NCBI GenBank assembly: GCA_963718615.1
Contig: OY970368.1
Coordinates: 3,808,001-3,872,000 of the forward strand
Direction: 5' to 3'
Length of the DNA: 64,000 bases
Source of the DNA: an uncultured cyanobacterium
Lineage (GTDB): Bacteria; Cyanobacteriota; Cyanobacteriia; PCC-9006; JAAUQQ01
The notes beneath the pieces are model-generated. The model worked only from the letters and a program-made list of their open reading frames with translations, had not been told where the DNA came from and did not search any database. This document shows, one piece after another, positions 24,514-34,908 of the stretch. How positions within the stretch are numbered: position 1 is the first letter of the stretch; each line of letters starts with the position of its first letter. Position numbers and translations under genes: made by a program.

Positions 24514-26111
24514 GGATTGGTAACGAGGGGACGGGGTTGGTAATCGCGCCCTGGATGGCTTTTCCGTTCCACAATCGGTGCAGACAAAGCGTCCTCCAGG
24601 GGAGCCAGCCCTAACCGTTCTTCCAAAATCTGCATCACCTCGCGACCAAAATCATCGCCGTTGCGTTTCCAGGCTTCCATGCAAACTTCACCCAAGAAAG
24701 AGCCAAGAGGCTCTGGATTCCAGAGCAATTTGCGCGACACCCAGGGCAAATGCATGGCGAGCGGATCGTAATCCGGTTTGAGAATATTTTGCTCAAAGGC
24801 GTACTGTTCCAAGTGGGTGTGGGGTTGTAGCCCAATAAAGAAAATCGCCGGTTCTACCTTGTCTGCACCGAAGATCGTCTCTAGCTCCCGGTGATAGGCG
24901 AGGGTTTGGCGAATGGTGTCCTCGGTTTCGTCGATCACATTAAACGAATAGTTGACGGAAACCAGGTCGTTGAACCCGGCTGCTTTCAGATCTCGACAGT
25001 TTTGCAGCACCGTGCGCAGGTTATAGCCCATACGCATTTTGCGAACGAGCTCCTGGGAGCCGCTAGTAATGCCGATTTCAAAATAGTTCATGCCCGTCTT
25101 GACCATCAGCTCGGCCAGATCCGGCGTGATGTTATCGGCGCGGATATAGGCTGCCCAGTGAATATCGGTCATGCCCGAATCCAGGATCCTTTGCAGAAGC
25201 TCCTTGGCATCCTCCATGTAGCGTCGAGCCGGGATGAATTGAGCATCGGTGAACCAAAAGTTGCGCACGCCGCGATCGTAGAGCTGGCGCATTTCCTTGA
25301 CCACCTCATCAGCAGGATTAATCCGCACCTGCTTGCCTTCCACCACGGTATAGACGCAGTAGCAGCAGTTGTGGGGACAGCCCCGCTTGGTCTGGACGCC
25401 AATGTAAAAGTCGGTATCTCGCAGATAGTAGTCAAATTCGGGCCAAATCTGCTCAATGTAGTCGTAGTCGCAGGCACTTTTTTCGATGGGTGCCGGTTCC
25501 TCATGGATCAGGCGGGGACGGGGCTGGGTTTCACCCACGATATAGCAGCGCTGATCTGAAAAATCCTTGCCCTGCAACACCCGCTCCAGCAACATTTCCC
25601 CTTCCCCCACAGAAACAATCGTCCCCTGGGGCAGCATGGATTTAACCTGCTCATAGAAAACGCTGACAGCACCGCCTCCCACAATCAGCTTGACCTGGGG
25701 TTGATGGGATTGAGCCCGCCGGAGTCCCCGCTTAATCAACCCCGTATTGCGCCACAGCTCCGTGAGATAGGTGGAAGCCATGCGCAGTCCACCCCATGCG
25801 CCTCGTAGCCTCAAGAGCGGATTGCGGGCATAGTAAAACTCAAAGGCATTTTGCAGCGGATTGCCCCCTCTGCCGCCTACCGGCGCATAAATCTGAATGT
25901 CGCGCCAAGAAAAGACAAGGATTGTGGGCTGAAACCGATCGATACAGTCATCCAAGGCTTGACGATAATCCAACGGCGGTACCGCCCCTAGGTCAAAGAT
26001 GCGCTGCTCCGCCTCCGGAACAACCTTGTGGAGATGATCCGCCAGATACACCACCCCAATGGGAAAAATGGGGTTACAGGGAAGGCGGACATAAAGAATT
26101 CGCTCTGCCAT
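24510..26111 (-). CDS. Photosystem II high-light acclimation radical SAM protein (B12-binding)
   Basis: RLPCNPIFPIG N-terminus, RGCPHNCCYC. Confidence 0.9.
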   Translation of the reverse strand: MAERILYVRLPCNPIFPIGVVYLADHLHKVVPEAEQRIFDLGAVPPLDYRQALDDCIDRFQPTILVFSWRDIQIYAPVGGRGGNPLQNAFEFYYARNPLLRLRGAWGGLRMASTYLTELWRNTGLIKRGLRRAQSHQPQVKLIVGGGAVSVFYEQVKSMLPQGTIVSVGEGEMLLERVLQGKDFSDQRCYIVGETQPRPRLIHEEPAPIEKSACDYDYIEQIWPEFDYYLRDTDFYIGVQTKRGCPHNCCYCVYTVVEGKQVRINPADEVVKEMRQLYDRGVRNFWFTDAQFIPARRYMEDAKELLQRILDSGMTDIHWAAYIRADNITPDLAELMVKTGMNYFEIGITSGSQELVRKMRMGYNLRTVLQNCRDLKAAGFNDLVSVNYSFNVIDETEDTIRQTLAYHRELETIFGADKVEPAIFFIGLQPHTHLEQYAFEQNILKPDYDPLAMHLPWVSRKLLWNPEPLGSFLGEVCMEAWKRNGDDFGREVMQILEERLGLAPLEDALSAPIVERKSHPGRDYQPRPLVTNP

Positions 26112-26718
26112 GGCACTCGTTCTGCATCCTAAGGTCAGCGGACTGAGATAAAGGAACCGCTCGCGATCGCCCCATTCCCTAAAAAATCAGGCATAATGGC
26201 AAATCTGAGGGGAGTGTTTATATAAGTTCACAATAGCACTGAAGCGCTGAAGCGGTGGAAGCTGAGACCGTGAGTCAACGCGATGGGTCTTCGGCCACTC
26301 TTAGAGTCTGATTGAGAATGTATGCATTTATTGCGACTTCAAATTGCTTTTTGTGATCCGTGTTTTGTTGACCTTCTTTCCTTCGAAAGGCAGACTTATA
26401 GCCGTTAGAGGATTATTAAAATTTTCTTAACATCAAGAATCAAAGACAAAAATATGTCGCGATTCTGTACGCTTTGAGCTGAAAAGCTGAAGCCTTTATA
26501 GGGCATCTCAAAATCTATCTTTATAAAGCTAAAACCCGGTGAACACCTTAGTCCTAGAGATTTTTCGCTGGCTCGGACTCCTTTAATCTGCTATTGCAAA
26601 AAGCTTGGGATCAATTCAAAGCAGATGGTAGTGAGATTTACAACGATGCCGAGGCTCAGATGTTAGCCTTAACGATATATCGGGACTAAACTTAAATTGA
26701 TTTTTCTCGCAGCATAAA

Positions 26719-27051
26719 ATGATGGCACCAATAATGGCACAAACCCTTGATCCCGTTCCTTCAGACCAATCTTCTAGAGCAGTTCTTTGTAACTACTTAA
26801 ATGCGACCAGTCGGATTCAGATTGCTCGAATCACCAACATTCCCAACTGGTATTTTGAGAAAGTTGTGTTTCCGGGGCAGCACCTGATGTTTGAGGCGTT
26901 CCCGGAAGCTCTGCTTGAGATTCATACCGGCATGATGGCCAGCGCAATTTTGTCAGACCGTATCCCTTGTGAGCAGTTGCGGGTCGAGGCAGCCATCGAG
27001 GTGCCGCCCGCCGTCGAGTTGACCCATGAAGCCCTAGAGCAGGTGGCCTAG
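26719..27051 (+). CDS. DUF1830 family protein
   Basis: Y.NATS.IQIARITNIPNWYFEKVVFPG. Confidence 0.85.
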   Translation: MMAPIMAQTLDPVPSDQSSRAVLCNYLNATSRIQIARITNIPNWYFEKVVFPGQHLMFEAFPEALLEIHTGMMASAILSDRIPCEQLRVEAAIEVPPAVELTHEALEQVA

Positions 27052-27098
27052 GGCACAGGAGTTTTTCTTCTGTACCGAATGCGGGAAAGTCTGGTCCA

Positions 27099-27140
27099 GA
27101 TGCTTTCTCTAGGATGCTTTCTCTAGGATGCTTTCTCTAG
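27099..27140. repeat. Short tandem repeat GATGCTTTCTCTAG x3
   Basis: Three perfect 14-bp units. Confidence 0.9.
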
Positions 27141-27270
27141 AAGGAAAGGAGCCAAGTGCTCCTTCTTTTTTTTTGACCCGGTGGGTACACGATTTCCCCG
27201 ACTACGGGGTAAAAAACCTCAAGATAGCGCTAGCCTGTTGGCATGCAGCTTGAACTGGGTCTGGTCTTCT

Positions 27271-27705
27271 GTGAATCTTCCTTCTTTTTTGTGGTTATGG
27301 CGCATCGCCGCTTGGGCGATGGGATTTACGCTGCTGGCCTATGGACTGCAAGCCTTGACTGCCATCTTGCTGCGGACTTCCCGCGATCGCCTGCCCCTTT
27401 GGCATGGATGGATGCGATCGCTCCACATCGCCACTGGCGTCATCTTAGTGGGACTAGTCCTGTTGCTCTTAGCCATCGGCATCGTCGGCACCCTAGGTCA
27501 CTACGGCTCCCTCGGTCATTCGGGCCATCTTTGGGCTGGGTCAACGGTTGTCGGTTTGGTTCTGGCTTCGGCCTGGAGTGCAAGCCAAATTCAGCGGACG
27601 TTTTGGGCGCGACCGCTTCATGTCACGCTTAATGGCATACTCCTCCTAGCCTTGACCTGGGTAAGCTGGACGGGCTGGAGTGTCGTTCAGAAGTACTTAC
27701 CTTGA
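27271..27705 (+). CDS. DUF4079 family membrane protein
   Basis: LPSFLWLWRIAAW, GTLGHYGSLGHS, VVQKYLP. Confidence 0.85.
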   Translation: MNLPSFLWLWRIAAWAMGFTLLAYGLQALTAILLRTSRDRLPLWHGWMRSLHIATGVILVGLVLLLLAIGIVGTLGHYGSLGHSGHLWAGSTVVGLVLASAWSASQIQRTFWARPLHVTLNGILLLALTWVSWTGWSVVQKYLP

Positions 27706-27773
27706 GCATTAAGCTTGAGCGTTGACCTTGAGCAGTAATCCCAATTGTGATCCCAAAATCGTGATCCAAAGCC

Positions 27774-30002
27774 ATGCCTAGAAGCAAACGGAGCGAAACC
27801 AGTCCCGCTATCCCCCCAGAGAAAAAGCCAGGGAAAAAGCCGGAGCAGCCTTCAGCACAGTTGCCAGACTTGAGCCATTCCCGCTACTACTTCAACCGAG
27901 AACTGAGCTGGATCGAGTTCAACCGTCGGGTGCTAGCTGAGGGAATGGACAGCCGCACGCCGCTGCTGGAGCGGGCCAAGTTTCTGGGGATTTTTAGCAA
28001 TAATCTCGATGAGTTTTTTATGGTGCGAGTGGCGGGCCTTAAACAGCAGGTCGCCGCTGCGGTGAGGACGCGATCGCCCGATGGACGTACCCCCGAAGAA
28101 CAGCTACAAGCCCTGCGGACGCTTTTGGCCCCCTTGGTTCAGTCCCAGCACCAGCACTTTGACCAAACCCTTCGCCTCGACCTCAAACACCAGGGCATTC
28201 ACCTGCTCGACTACGATACGCTGACCTCCAAACAGCGACTCTATCTCCAAAGCTGCTTTGAGGAACAGATTTTCCCGGTGCTGACGCCCTTGGCCGTGGA
28301 TCCGGGACATCCCTTCCCGATGATCTCAAATTTGAGCCTCAATTTAGCAGTGGTCGTCCAGGAAACCGACACCGAAGAACAGCACTTCGCACGGATTAAA
28401 GTTCCCCAAGTCTTGCCCCGGTTTGTGCCCTTACCGAAGGATCTATATCCGGCTAGTGGTTCCTCTAGTCCTGAGACCTCACCCCTATGGGCCGGGGTGC
28501 CCCTCGAACAGTTGATTGCCCAAAATCTAGAGTCTCTGTTTCCGGGCATGCAGGTGCTCGAATGCCATCCGTTCCGGGTGACGCGCAATGCCGATCTCGA
28601 ACTAGAAGAAGAGGAAGCCGATGATCTGATGTTAGCGATCGAAGAGGAATTGCGACGACGACGGTTGGGCGGTTCGGTGGTTCGGCTGGAGGTGCTGTCC
28701 GATATGTCGGAGGGGATTCGCGATCGCCTCATGCAGGAGCTCGATCTTCAACAGGAGGATGTTTACTCCCTAGAGGGAATGCTAGGGCTCCATGACCTGA
28801 TGTCATTCCTGGGGCTACCCCTGCCGGAGTTGAAGGATCCCCCTTGGACGCCGGTCACGCCCTCAGTTTTTCTGCGTTCGACCGAGTCAGTCAATGCCTT
28901 GGATGGCAAAGAGCGAGTTGATATTTTTAGCCTGCTCCGCAAACAAGACGTGCTGGTTCATCACCCCTACGAAGCATTTTCGTCCACCGTCCAGCGGTTT
29001 ATCACCCAGGCAGCCCAGGATCCAGCGGTTCTGGCGATCAAAATGACGCTTTACCGAACCTCCGGCGATTCACCCATTATCCAGGCCCTCGTGGCCGCTG
29101 CGGAAAATGGCAAACAGGTGGTGGTCCTGGTGGAACTCAAGGCGCGGTTTGATGAGGCCAATAATATTAACTGGGCTAGACAGCTCGAAGCGGCTGGGGT
29201 CCATGTGGTCTATGGCTTAATGGGGCTCAAAACCCATACCAAAATCACCCTCGTAGTGCGTCGCGAAGAGCAGAAAATTCGGCGCTATGTCCATGTTGGC
29301 ACCGGCAACTATAACCCCAAAACCGCCCGGCTTTACACTGACCTCGGCCTACTCAGTAGTCGGGAGGAATTAGGGGCAGACTTGACGGATTTATTTAATT
29401 ACCTCACGGGCTATTCTCGGCAGCAGTCCTATCGGCGACTGTTGGTGGCCCCGGTGAACTTGCGATCGCAAATGCTAGCCCTGATTCGCCGGGAAATCGA
29501 CTATGCCCAATCCGGTCAAGAGGGTCGCATTGTCGCCAAAATGAACTCCCTGGTGGACTCCGAAATGATTCGTATGCTCTACCAAGCCTCCCAGGCAGGC
29601 GTCTCGATTGATCTGATTATTCGGGGCATCTGCTGTCTCAAACCGGGAGAACCAGGCGTCAGCGACAATATCCGCGTGCTCAGCATTGTGGGGCGATTGC
29701 TGGAACATTCTCGCGTCTTTTACTTTCACAATGCCGGGGAGAGCGAAGTCTTTATTGGCAGCGCCGACTGGATGCCCCGCAACCTCAACCGTCGGGTCGA
29801 AGCAGTGGTTCAGGTTCAGGACCCCAAACTGGCCGCAGATTTACAAGAGATCCTGGCGATCATGCTTTCGGACAATGTTCAAGCCTGGGAACTGCAACCC
29901 GATGGGCAATACCTCCGCCGAGCTCCCGGCAAAAATGAGCGTGACCGTGCGGCTCAAGTCATCCTAATGGAAGCAGCTCTCAAGCAGTCTGCCCAAGCCT
30001 GA
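27774..30002 (+). CDS. ppk1: Polyphosphate kinase 1
   Basis: NRELSW..FN.RV, HHPY, ELKARFDE, KTHTK, LEHSR. Confidence 0.98.
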   Translation: MPRSKRSETSPAIPPEKKPGKKPEQPSAQLPDLSHSRYYFNRELSWIEFNRRVLAEGMDSRTPLLERAKFLGIFSNNLDEFFMVRVAGLKQQVAAAVRTRSPDGRTPEEQLQALRTLLAPLVQSQHQHFDQTLRLDLKHQGIHLLDYDTLTSKQRLYLQSCFEEQIFPVLTPLAVDPGHPFPMISNLSLNLAVVVQETDTEEQHFARIKVPQVLPRFVPLPKDLYPASGSSSPETSPLWAGVPLEQLIAQNLESLFPGMQVLECHPFRVTRNADLELEEEEADDLMLAIEEELRRRRLGGSVVRLEVLSDMSEGIRDRLMQELDLQQEDVYSLEGMLGLHDLMSFLGLPLPELKDPPWTPVTPSVFLRSTESVNALDGKERVDIFSLLRKQDVLVHHPYEAFSSTVQRFITQAAQDPAVLAIKMTLYRTSGDSPIIQALVAAAENGKQVVVLVELKARFDEANNINWARQLEAAGVHVVYGLMGLKTHTKITLVVRREEQKIRRYVHVGTGNYNPKTARLYTDLGLLSSREELGADLTDLFNYLTGYSRQQSYRRLLVAPVNLRSQMLALIRREIDYAQSGQEGRIVAKMNSLVDSEMIRMLYQASQAGVSIDLIIRGICCLKPGEPGVSDNIRVLSIVGRLLEHSRVFYFHNAGESEVFIGSADWMPRNLNRRVEAVVQVQDPKLAADLQEILAIMLSDNVQAWELQPDGQYLRRAPGKNERDRAAQVILMEAALKQSAQA

Positions 30003-30508
30003 TAGTCCTGAATAAGCTGGCGTTTTAGACGACGCTGGATCGTGCTGAGAATGCTTTTGAGTAGCGCATTGCCCGTCCCCTCCAGAATCGGCTTGGGCGT
30101 CAGACTAAAGGGGGGAGGCAGATCCAACGTCACCCGTAAATGGGCTTGACCGCGAACGCTCACCTGTTTAGCTTGGCGATGAACCGTGAGGTCTCCCTCC
30201 ATGGCCAACGAAAAATGCTGATTGAGATGCTCTGCCCCTTCTAACCAACAGTCAAGGGATTGAATACGCACCTCTCCGGGCTCCGAGTTCCAGACCCGCA
30301 AATCTGCGGTGGGCTGAATCTGAAGCGACAAAAACCGCAGGGGGCGGAGGCTAAACCGAAATCGCTCGGGTCCGAGGACTTGCACCTGACTAGGGTCGGT
30401 TAAACCATAGACCACACGACTGGGGTCCTGGAGATAGTCATCAATGGATGCGCCAAGCTCGGTGACGGGAATCGCAACGCTTTGCGACGCAGTAAACTGA
30501 GTTTGCAT
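29954..30508 (-). CDS. DUF1997 family protein
   Basis: F.ASQSV, YL.DP.R, LPPPF.LTP. Confidence 0.8.
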   Translation of the reverse strand: MQTQFTASQSVAIPVTELGASIDDYLQDPSRVVYGLTDPSQVQVLGPERFRFSLRPLRFLSLQIQPTADLRVWNSEPGEVRIQSLDCWLEGAEHLNQHFSLAMEGDLTVHRQAKQVSVRGQAHLRVTLDLPPPFSLTPKPILEGTGNALLKSILSTIQRRLKRQLIQDYQAWADCLRAASIRMT

Positions 30509-30602
30509 GGGAAAGCAGAAGGCAGCAGGTCTGCGGGTGCTTGTATCCTACACCGTCCCGCCCCTGAGTCTAGTAAACGGCGAAAAGCTTTATACCTACA
30601 TT

Positions 30603-31460
30603 ATGGCAAGCTCAATTGCACATTTGGGTCCGGCAGGAACTTATACGGAAATGGCAGCGCTGGATTTTGCGCGAGTGCTAGGACAGCAAGGGCACCCAGA
30701 CATGACCTGCCATCCCTGCGCCACCATCGCCGAAACCCTGCACTGGGTGGCGGAGGGCAAAGCCGATTGGGCCGTGGTTCCCGTCGAAAATTCGATTGGG
30801 GGCAGTGTTCCCATGACCCTCGATACCCTCTGGGGCTTGGAATCGTTGACCATCCAGTACGCACTGATTTTGCCCATTGCCCACGGTCTGCTGACCTACA
30901 ATACCGACCTGAGCCAGATTCAAACTGTTGCTTCCCATCCCCAGGCCCTGGCCCAGTGTCAGCGGTGGCTAGACGTGAATCTGCCCCAGGCGACGCGGGT
31001 GCCGATGAACTCAACTACTGAAGCCCTCCAGCAACTGCCTGAGGATATGGGTTTGGCGGCGATCGCCTCCTGCCGCGCCGCAGAACTTCACAACATCCCT
31101 GTGCGGGCCTATCCCATTAATGATTTCGACGGCAACTGCACCCGCTTTTGGGTAATCAACCGCGATCCCCTGGTTGGGGGCAGTCATACGTCCATGGGCT
31201 TTAGTCTCTATGCCAATGTGCCAGGAGCCTTGGTCAAGGCGCTGCAAGCCTTTGCCGATCGCGGCCTAAACATGAGCCGGATCGAATCCCGACCCACCAA
31301 ACGCTCCCTGGGGGACTATTTATTTTTTATTGACATCGAAGACAGTGCCGAGAGTCCTGCCCTGCAAGCGGCGATCGCCTCCACCGTCGATATCACCGAA
31401 AATCTGCGCGTCCTGGGCAGTTACGACATCCTCGAATGCCAGCCGCCTGGGTCTGCTTAA
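30603..31460 (+). CDS. pheA: Prephenate dehydratase
   Basis: LGPAGTYTE, PVENS, SHPQALAQC, NCTRF, IESRP. Confidence 0.96.
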   Translation: MASSIAHLGPAGTYTEMAALDFARVLGQQGHPDMTCHPCATIAETLHWVAEGKADWAVVPVENSIGGSVPMTLDTLWGLESLTIQYALILPIAHGLLTYNTDLSQIQTVASHPQALAQCQRWLDVNLPQATRVPMNSTTEALQQLPEDMGLAAIASCRAAELHNIPVRAYPINDFDGNCTRFWVINRDPLVGGSHTSMGFSLYANVPGALVKALQAFADRGLNMSRIESRPTKRSLGDYLFFIDIEDSAESPALQAAIASTVDITENLRVLGSYDILECQPPGSA

Positions 31461-31495
31461 AGTCCAGTGTCTAAAGTCCAGCTAAAGTCCAGTCC

Positions 31496-32041
31496 CTAAA
31501 GCCCCAGATCGTCACACCGCAGCGTTTCCCGCGTCTTGCGACCGGTGACCTGATTGGTGCCCTGGGCAACGGGACAGAGCTCATTCAAGACTTCATCCAG
31601 GAGCAAAACATCCGTAAAATCTGCGCCATCAATGGTCACATTGCGAAACACCGCGTTGAATGCATAGGCCCCTTCTAGGTTGGCCTGGGTGAGGTTCGTG
31701 CGTTTCAAGAGCGCCGAATCGAGCGTCGCGGAGCGCAAATCAGCTCCCGTAAGGTCGGCCTCTTCGAGGTGGGCTCCAAACAAATCGGCATTGCGGAAAT
31801 TAGCACCCTGCAAATTCGTGCGCCGCAGCTTCGCCATGCTGAAATTGGATCCCTCGAAGACTTCGCCAGGGTGGCTTTCACCATCCATCAGGGCGCGGTT
31901 GTAGTTGTAGGCGATCGCCCCCCCCGGCAGCAGCATCCAAGTTGCGATCGCCATCAATACCGCAAACAGGAATGCAGTAGCCTGACGGGCCAGCCGATGA
32001 GAGGAAATCTTCATGGTTTGAGGAAAATTCAAGAGGGCCAT
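31496..32041 (-). CDS. Pentapeptide repeat protein (secreted/lumenal)
   Basis: A(D/N)LXX repeats, signal peptide, C-terminal C...GTN.VTG..T..TL.C. Confidence 0.9.
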   Translation of the reverse strand: MALLNFPQTMKISSHRLARQATAFLFAVLMAIATWMLLPGGAIAYNYNRALMDGESHPGEVFEGSNFSMAKLRRTNLQGANFRNADLFGAHLEEADLTGADLRSATLDSALLKRTNLTQANLEGAYAFNAVFRNVTIDGADFTDVLLLDEVLNELCPVAQGTNQVTGRKTRETLRCDDLGL

Positions 32042-32236
32042 AGATCTTCAACCACAGTTGCAAGACGATCGAGGATGGGATCGAGAAGGCTTGCGAGGGA
32101 ACGATAGAACTAGAAAGAGCCCAGAAGCTCTCTAGGCGCTCACCAGCAACTTCTCATTGCCCAAACGCGATACTCAACTGCGATACTCAAACGCGACCGC
32201 CGATGGTGGCTGCGGTTTGCCCTTTCATTTTGCCCC

Positions 32237-32746
32237 ATGCGCGATCGCACAGCTAGCCTCACCCTTGGTCAACTGGGCGAAACCCTAGTGGCAGATTGGC
32301 TGAATACCCAAGGGGGCAACATTCTCAGTCAGCGATGGCACACGCGCCGGGGAGAGCTCGACCTAGTCGTCTACCTCCCGGCTTTCAGCCCCATTGGATT
32401 TAGTCCCCAAGGATTAGGACAAACCGCTGGCCTTGCCTTTGTGGAAGTCAAAACCCGCAGTCGCGGCAACTGGGACGAAAATGGCCTACTCGCCCTCACG
32501 CCCAGCAAACAGCAAAAACTTTGGCATAGCGCCCGCGCCTTTTTGGCCAGCCACCCTGCCTATGGGACATTACCCTGCCGCTTTGATCTGGCCCTAGTGA
32601 AAAGCCAAGCAGTGCGCAATGCCTCAACGGCTGAGCCTTTAGCTGAGCCCTTACCTTTGGCTCCAATCTTGGGCCAACCTTGTCTGCGCGGAGCCTACAG
32701 CCTCACGATTCAGCATTATTTGATCGATGCGTTTCGATTGGATTAG
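32237..32746 (+). CDS. YraN family protein (UPF0102)
   Basis: GELDLV, FVEVKTRS, CRFD. Confidence 0.9.
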   Translation: MRDRTASLTLGQLGETLVADWLNTQGGNILSQRWHTRRGELDLVVYLPAFSPIGFSPQGLGQTAGLAFVEVKTRSRGNWDENGLLALTPSKQQKLWHSARAFLASHPAYGTLPCRFDLALVKSQAVRNASTAEPLAEPLPLAPILGQPCLRGAYSLTIQHYLIDAFRLD

Positions 32747-32756
32747 GCCAGGGTTT

Positions 32757-33179
32757 CTAGGCCAGGGTTTCAGGGCAGTAGCCTAAACCTTTGACAAATT
32801 GGCGACGGAATTCTTCAATTTCGCTGCAATCGGGCCGTCCATGGGAGACAATGGCGACTTGGTGAAAGCGCATCACTTCTACCGCAGAATAGCCGGATTC
32901 CAGGGACTGTAACGCCCGCTGTAATCTGGCGCTCGGCTTTACCGGGCCACCGTATTCCCGCAGGACCGCGCGGAAATCTCCGTCCTCGGAAATCGAAAGG
33001 GGGTAGCGCAATTTGACTTGGACAATCCACCCGTCAATTTGATGCACCACCGTCAGCGACTGAACGGGCCAGTAGGGGCGATCGCGTAGATACTCCACCA
33101 CTCGCATCGTCAGGCTAGCATTTGAGAAAAAGTACAAGTAATCCATGACTGTGCTTTCGTCGCGCTTAACATCGACCAT
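32757..33179 (-). CDS. Conserved cyanobacterial hypothetical protein
   Basis: YLYFFSNASLT.RV, HQIDGW, GLGYCPETLA. Confidence 0.8.
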   Translation of the reverse strand: MVDVKRDESTVMDYLYFFSNASLTMRVVEYLRDRPYWPVQSLTVVHQIDGWIVQVKLRYPLSISEDGDFRAVLREYGGPVKPSARLQRALQSLESGYSAVEVMRFHQVAIVSHGRPDCSEIEEFRRQFVKGLGYCPETLA

Positions 33180-33216
33180 GTGTTCACCTCGCTGACGCAG
33201 GGCGGCGGGACAAACC

Positions 33217-33270
33217 CCGTGATTTCTCTGCCGTGATTTCTCTGCCGTAATTTCCCTGCCGTAATTTCTC
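33217..33270. repeat. Short tandem repeat CCGTGATTTCTCTG x~4
   Basis: 14-bp units at 33217, 33231, 33245, 33259. Confidence 0.85.
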
Positions 33271-33403
33271 AGGGGTGTTGATAGCCAATTATGGTTTGTT
33301 AAAATTCGCTACGGCAAACGAAAAAATGACTCTTTAACTACATAAATCTTCTATGAAATTCATCCTTTTGAATAAATAAGAATCATTGAGGTCAAGGAGT
33401 AGC

Positions 33404-34255
33404 ATGCACTCACGTCCACGCAAGCAATTCGGCCAGCACTGGCTACGCAGCCCTGCCGCTCTGCAATCCATTTTGGCTGCCGCTGAGCTGAAGGCGGAGG
33501 ATTGTGTTTTAGAGATTGGTCCGGGTCAGGGAGTACTCACTCGGGAATTACTGACGCAAAGCGGTGAGGTGATTGCGGTGGAAATCGATCGCGATCTATG
33601 CGTCGGATTACGTAAGCAGTTTGGCGCAGCAACAAATTTTCTTTTGGAAGAGGGGGACTTTTTGGAGCGCGATCGCACCCAGCCCTTAATTTCTCCCTCC
33701 GGCAAGGCGGTCAATAAGATCGTCGCCAATATTCCCTACAACATTACTGGACCCATTTTGGAACGCCTCTTGGGCAAGATTTCTGCACCCCGTCAACCGG
33801 CCTTTGACAATATTGTGCTTCTGGTCCAGCGGGAGGTCGCCGAGCGGGTTTGCGCCCAGCCAGGGTCGAAGAGTTTTGGGGCGCTGACAGTGCGGGTTCA
33901 GTATTTGGCAACTTGCGAACTCATTTGTGCAGTTCCCTCCAAGGATTTTTATCCACCTCCCAAGGTAGATTCGGCGGTGATCCGGCTGCGGCCCCGTCCC
34001 TGTAGCGTTGCGGCGACGGACCCAAAACAGTTGGAAAGCTTGGTCAAGGTGGGGTTTGCGACGAAACGGAAGATGTTGCGCAATAACCTGAAGGGGATAG
34101 TGGAGCGCGATCGCCTCACGGAGATTCTCGTCAGCCTCGGCTCTAAGCCAGAGGCACGGGGGGAAGAACTATCGCTGGAGCAATGGGTAAGGCTAAGCAA
34201 TCGGTTGGCGAAGCCTGAGAATATTTCGTCAATCCCAGAAGCAATCGAAAATTAG
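33404..34255 (+). CDS. rsmA: 16S rRNA m6,2A dimethyltransferase
   Basis: KQFGQHWL, LEIGPG.G, ANIPYNI, F.PPPKVDS. Confidence 0.97.
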   Translation: MHSRPRKQFGQHWLRSPAALQSILAAAELKAEDCVLEIGPGQGVLTRELLTQSGEVIAVEIDRDLCVGLRKQFGAATNFLLEEGDFLERDRTQPLISPSGKAVNKIVANIPYNITGPILERLLGKISAPRQPAFDNIVLLVQREVAERVCAQPGSKSFGALTVRVQYLATCELICAVPSKDFYPPPKVDSAVIRLRPRPCSVAATDPKQLESLVKVGFATKRKMLRNNLKGIVERDRLTEILVSLGSKPEARGEELSLEQWVRLSNRLAKPENISSIPEAIEN

Positions 34256-34287
34256 TCAAGTCTCTCCTGATCTTCAGAAGACGTTCG

Positions 34288-34815
34288 TTAGACCGGTTCT
34301 AAGAGGCTTGGTTCAGTGGGCTCAGCGACATCGTAATCCCGTTCCCAACCTTCGTTTTGTAGCGTCAGCGATTCGGTTGCAATGGTACAGCGATGATTGG
34401 CATCGAGCGTCGGCAATGCAACATAATCAATGGGCCAGCAACGAAAAACCTTATAGGCAATTGCGACTTGCCCGGCTTCATTCATGAGCTCAATAATCAA
34501 ATCTTTTCGATAGTCTTTCAGCGAAACTTCAGCGCCTAAACCAGAGCCATAATTCCAAACTTTGTTAGCCCATTGTTCAAAATCTTTATCGTGAGTTTTC
34601 CCTCGAACCAATGTAATGGGCGAAAATATTGTCTCTCCAGGGGAATAGCGCAAACTACTGGGGTCTCCACCTTCTCGATTCGAGATCGCTTCAGTCGAAC
34701 GACGCAGGGGACTCACATAGGAAATTCCAGCGATATACTTGCCATCCCACTTAACTCGGAACTTATTAGCTTTATAGGGATCAAATCGCTGAGCATTGAC
34801 GCTGAAATTTGCCAT
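34288..34815 (-). CDS. Phage tail tube protein (T4 gp19-like, contractile injection system type)
   Basis: RFDPYK..KFRVKWDG, REGG, ITL.RG, IIEL.NEAG, CWP, L.L.NEGWERD. Confidence 0.88.
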   Translation of the reverse strand: MANFSVNAQRFDPYKANKFRVKWDGKYIAGISYVSPLRRSTEAISNREGGDPSSLRYSPGETIFSPITLVRGKTHDKDFEQWANKVWNYGSGLGAEVSLKDYRKDLIIELMNEAGQVAIAYKVFRCWPIDYVALPTLDANHRCTIATESLTLQNEGWERDYDVAEPTEPSLLEPV

Positions 34816-34908
34816 GATTGCGCTCCAAAATCTCTTCAAAATCATGTTAGCTAGAGTCAGAATACTCTATACATTCGTATTATTTTTACCTAGAAGAATT
34901 GTAACCGG

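Noticed and set aside
33181-33220. Glutamine (downstream-peptide) riboswitch suggested by GTTCACCTC
   Set aside because: It is the reverse complement of the RBS GAGGTG in front of the minus-strand gene.
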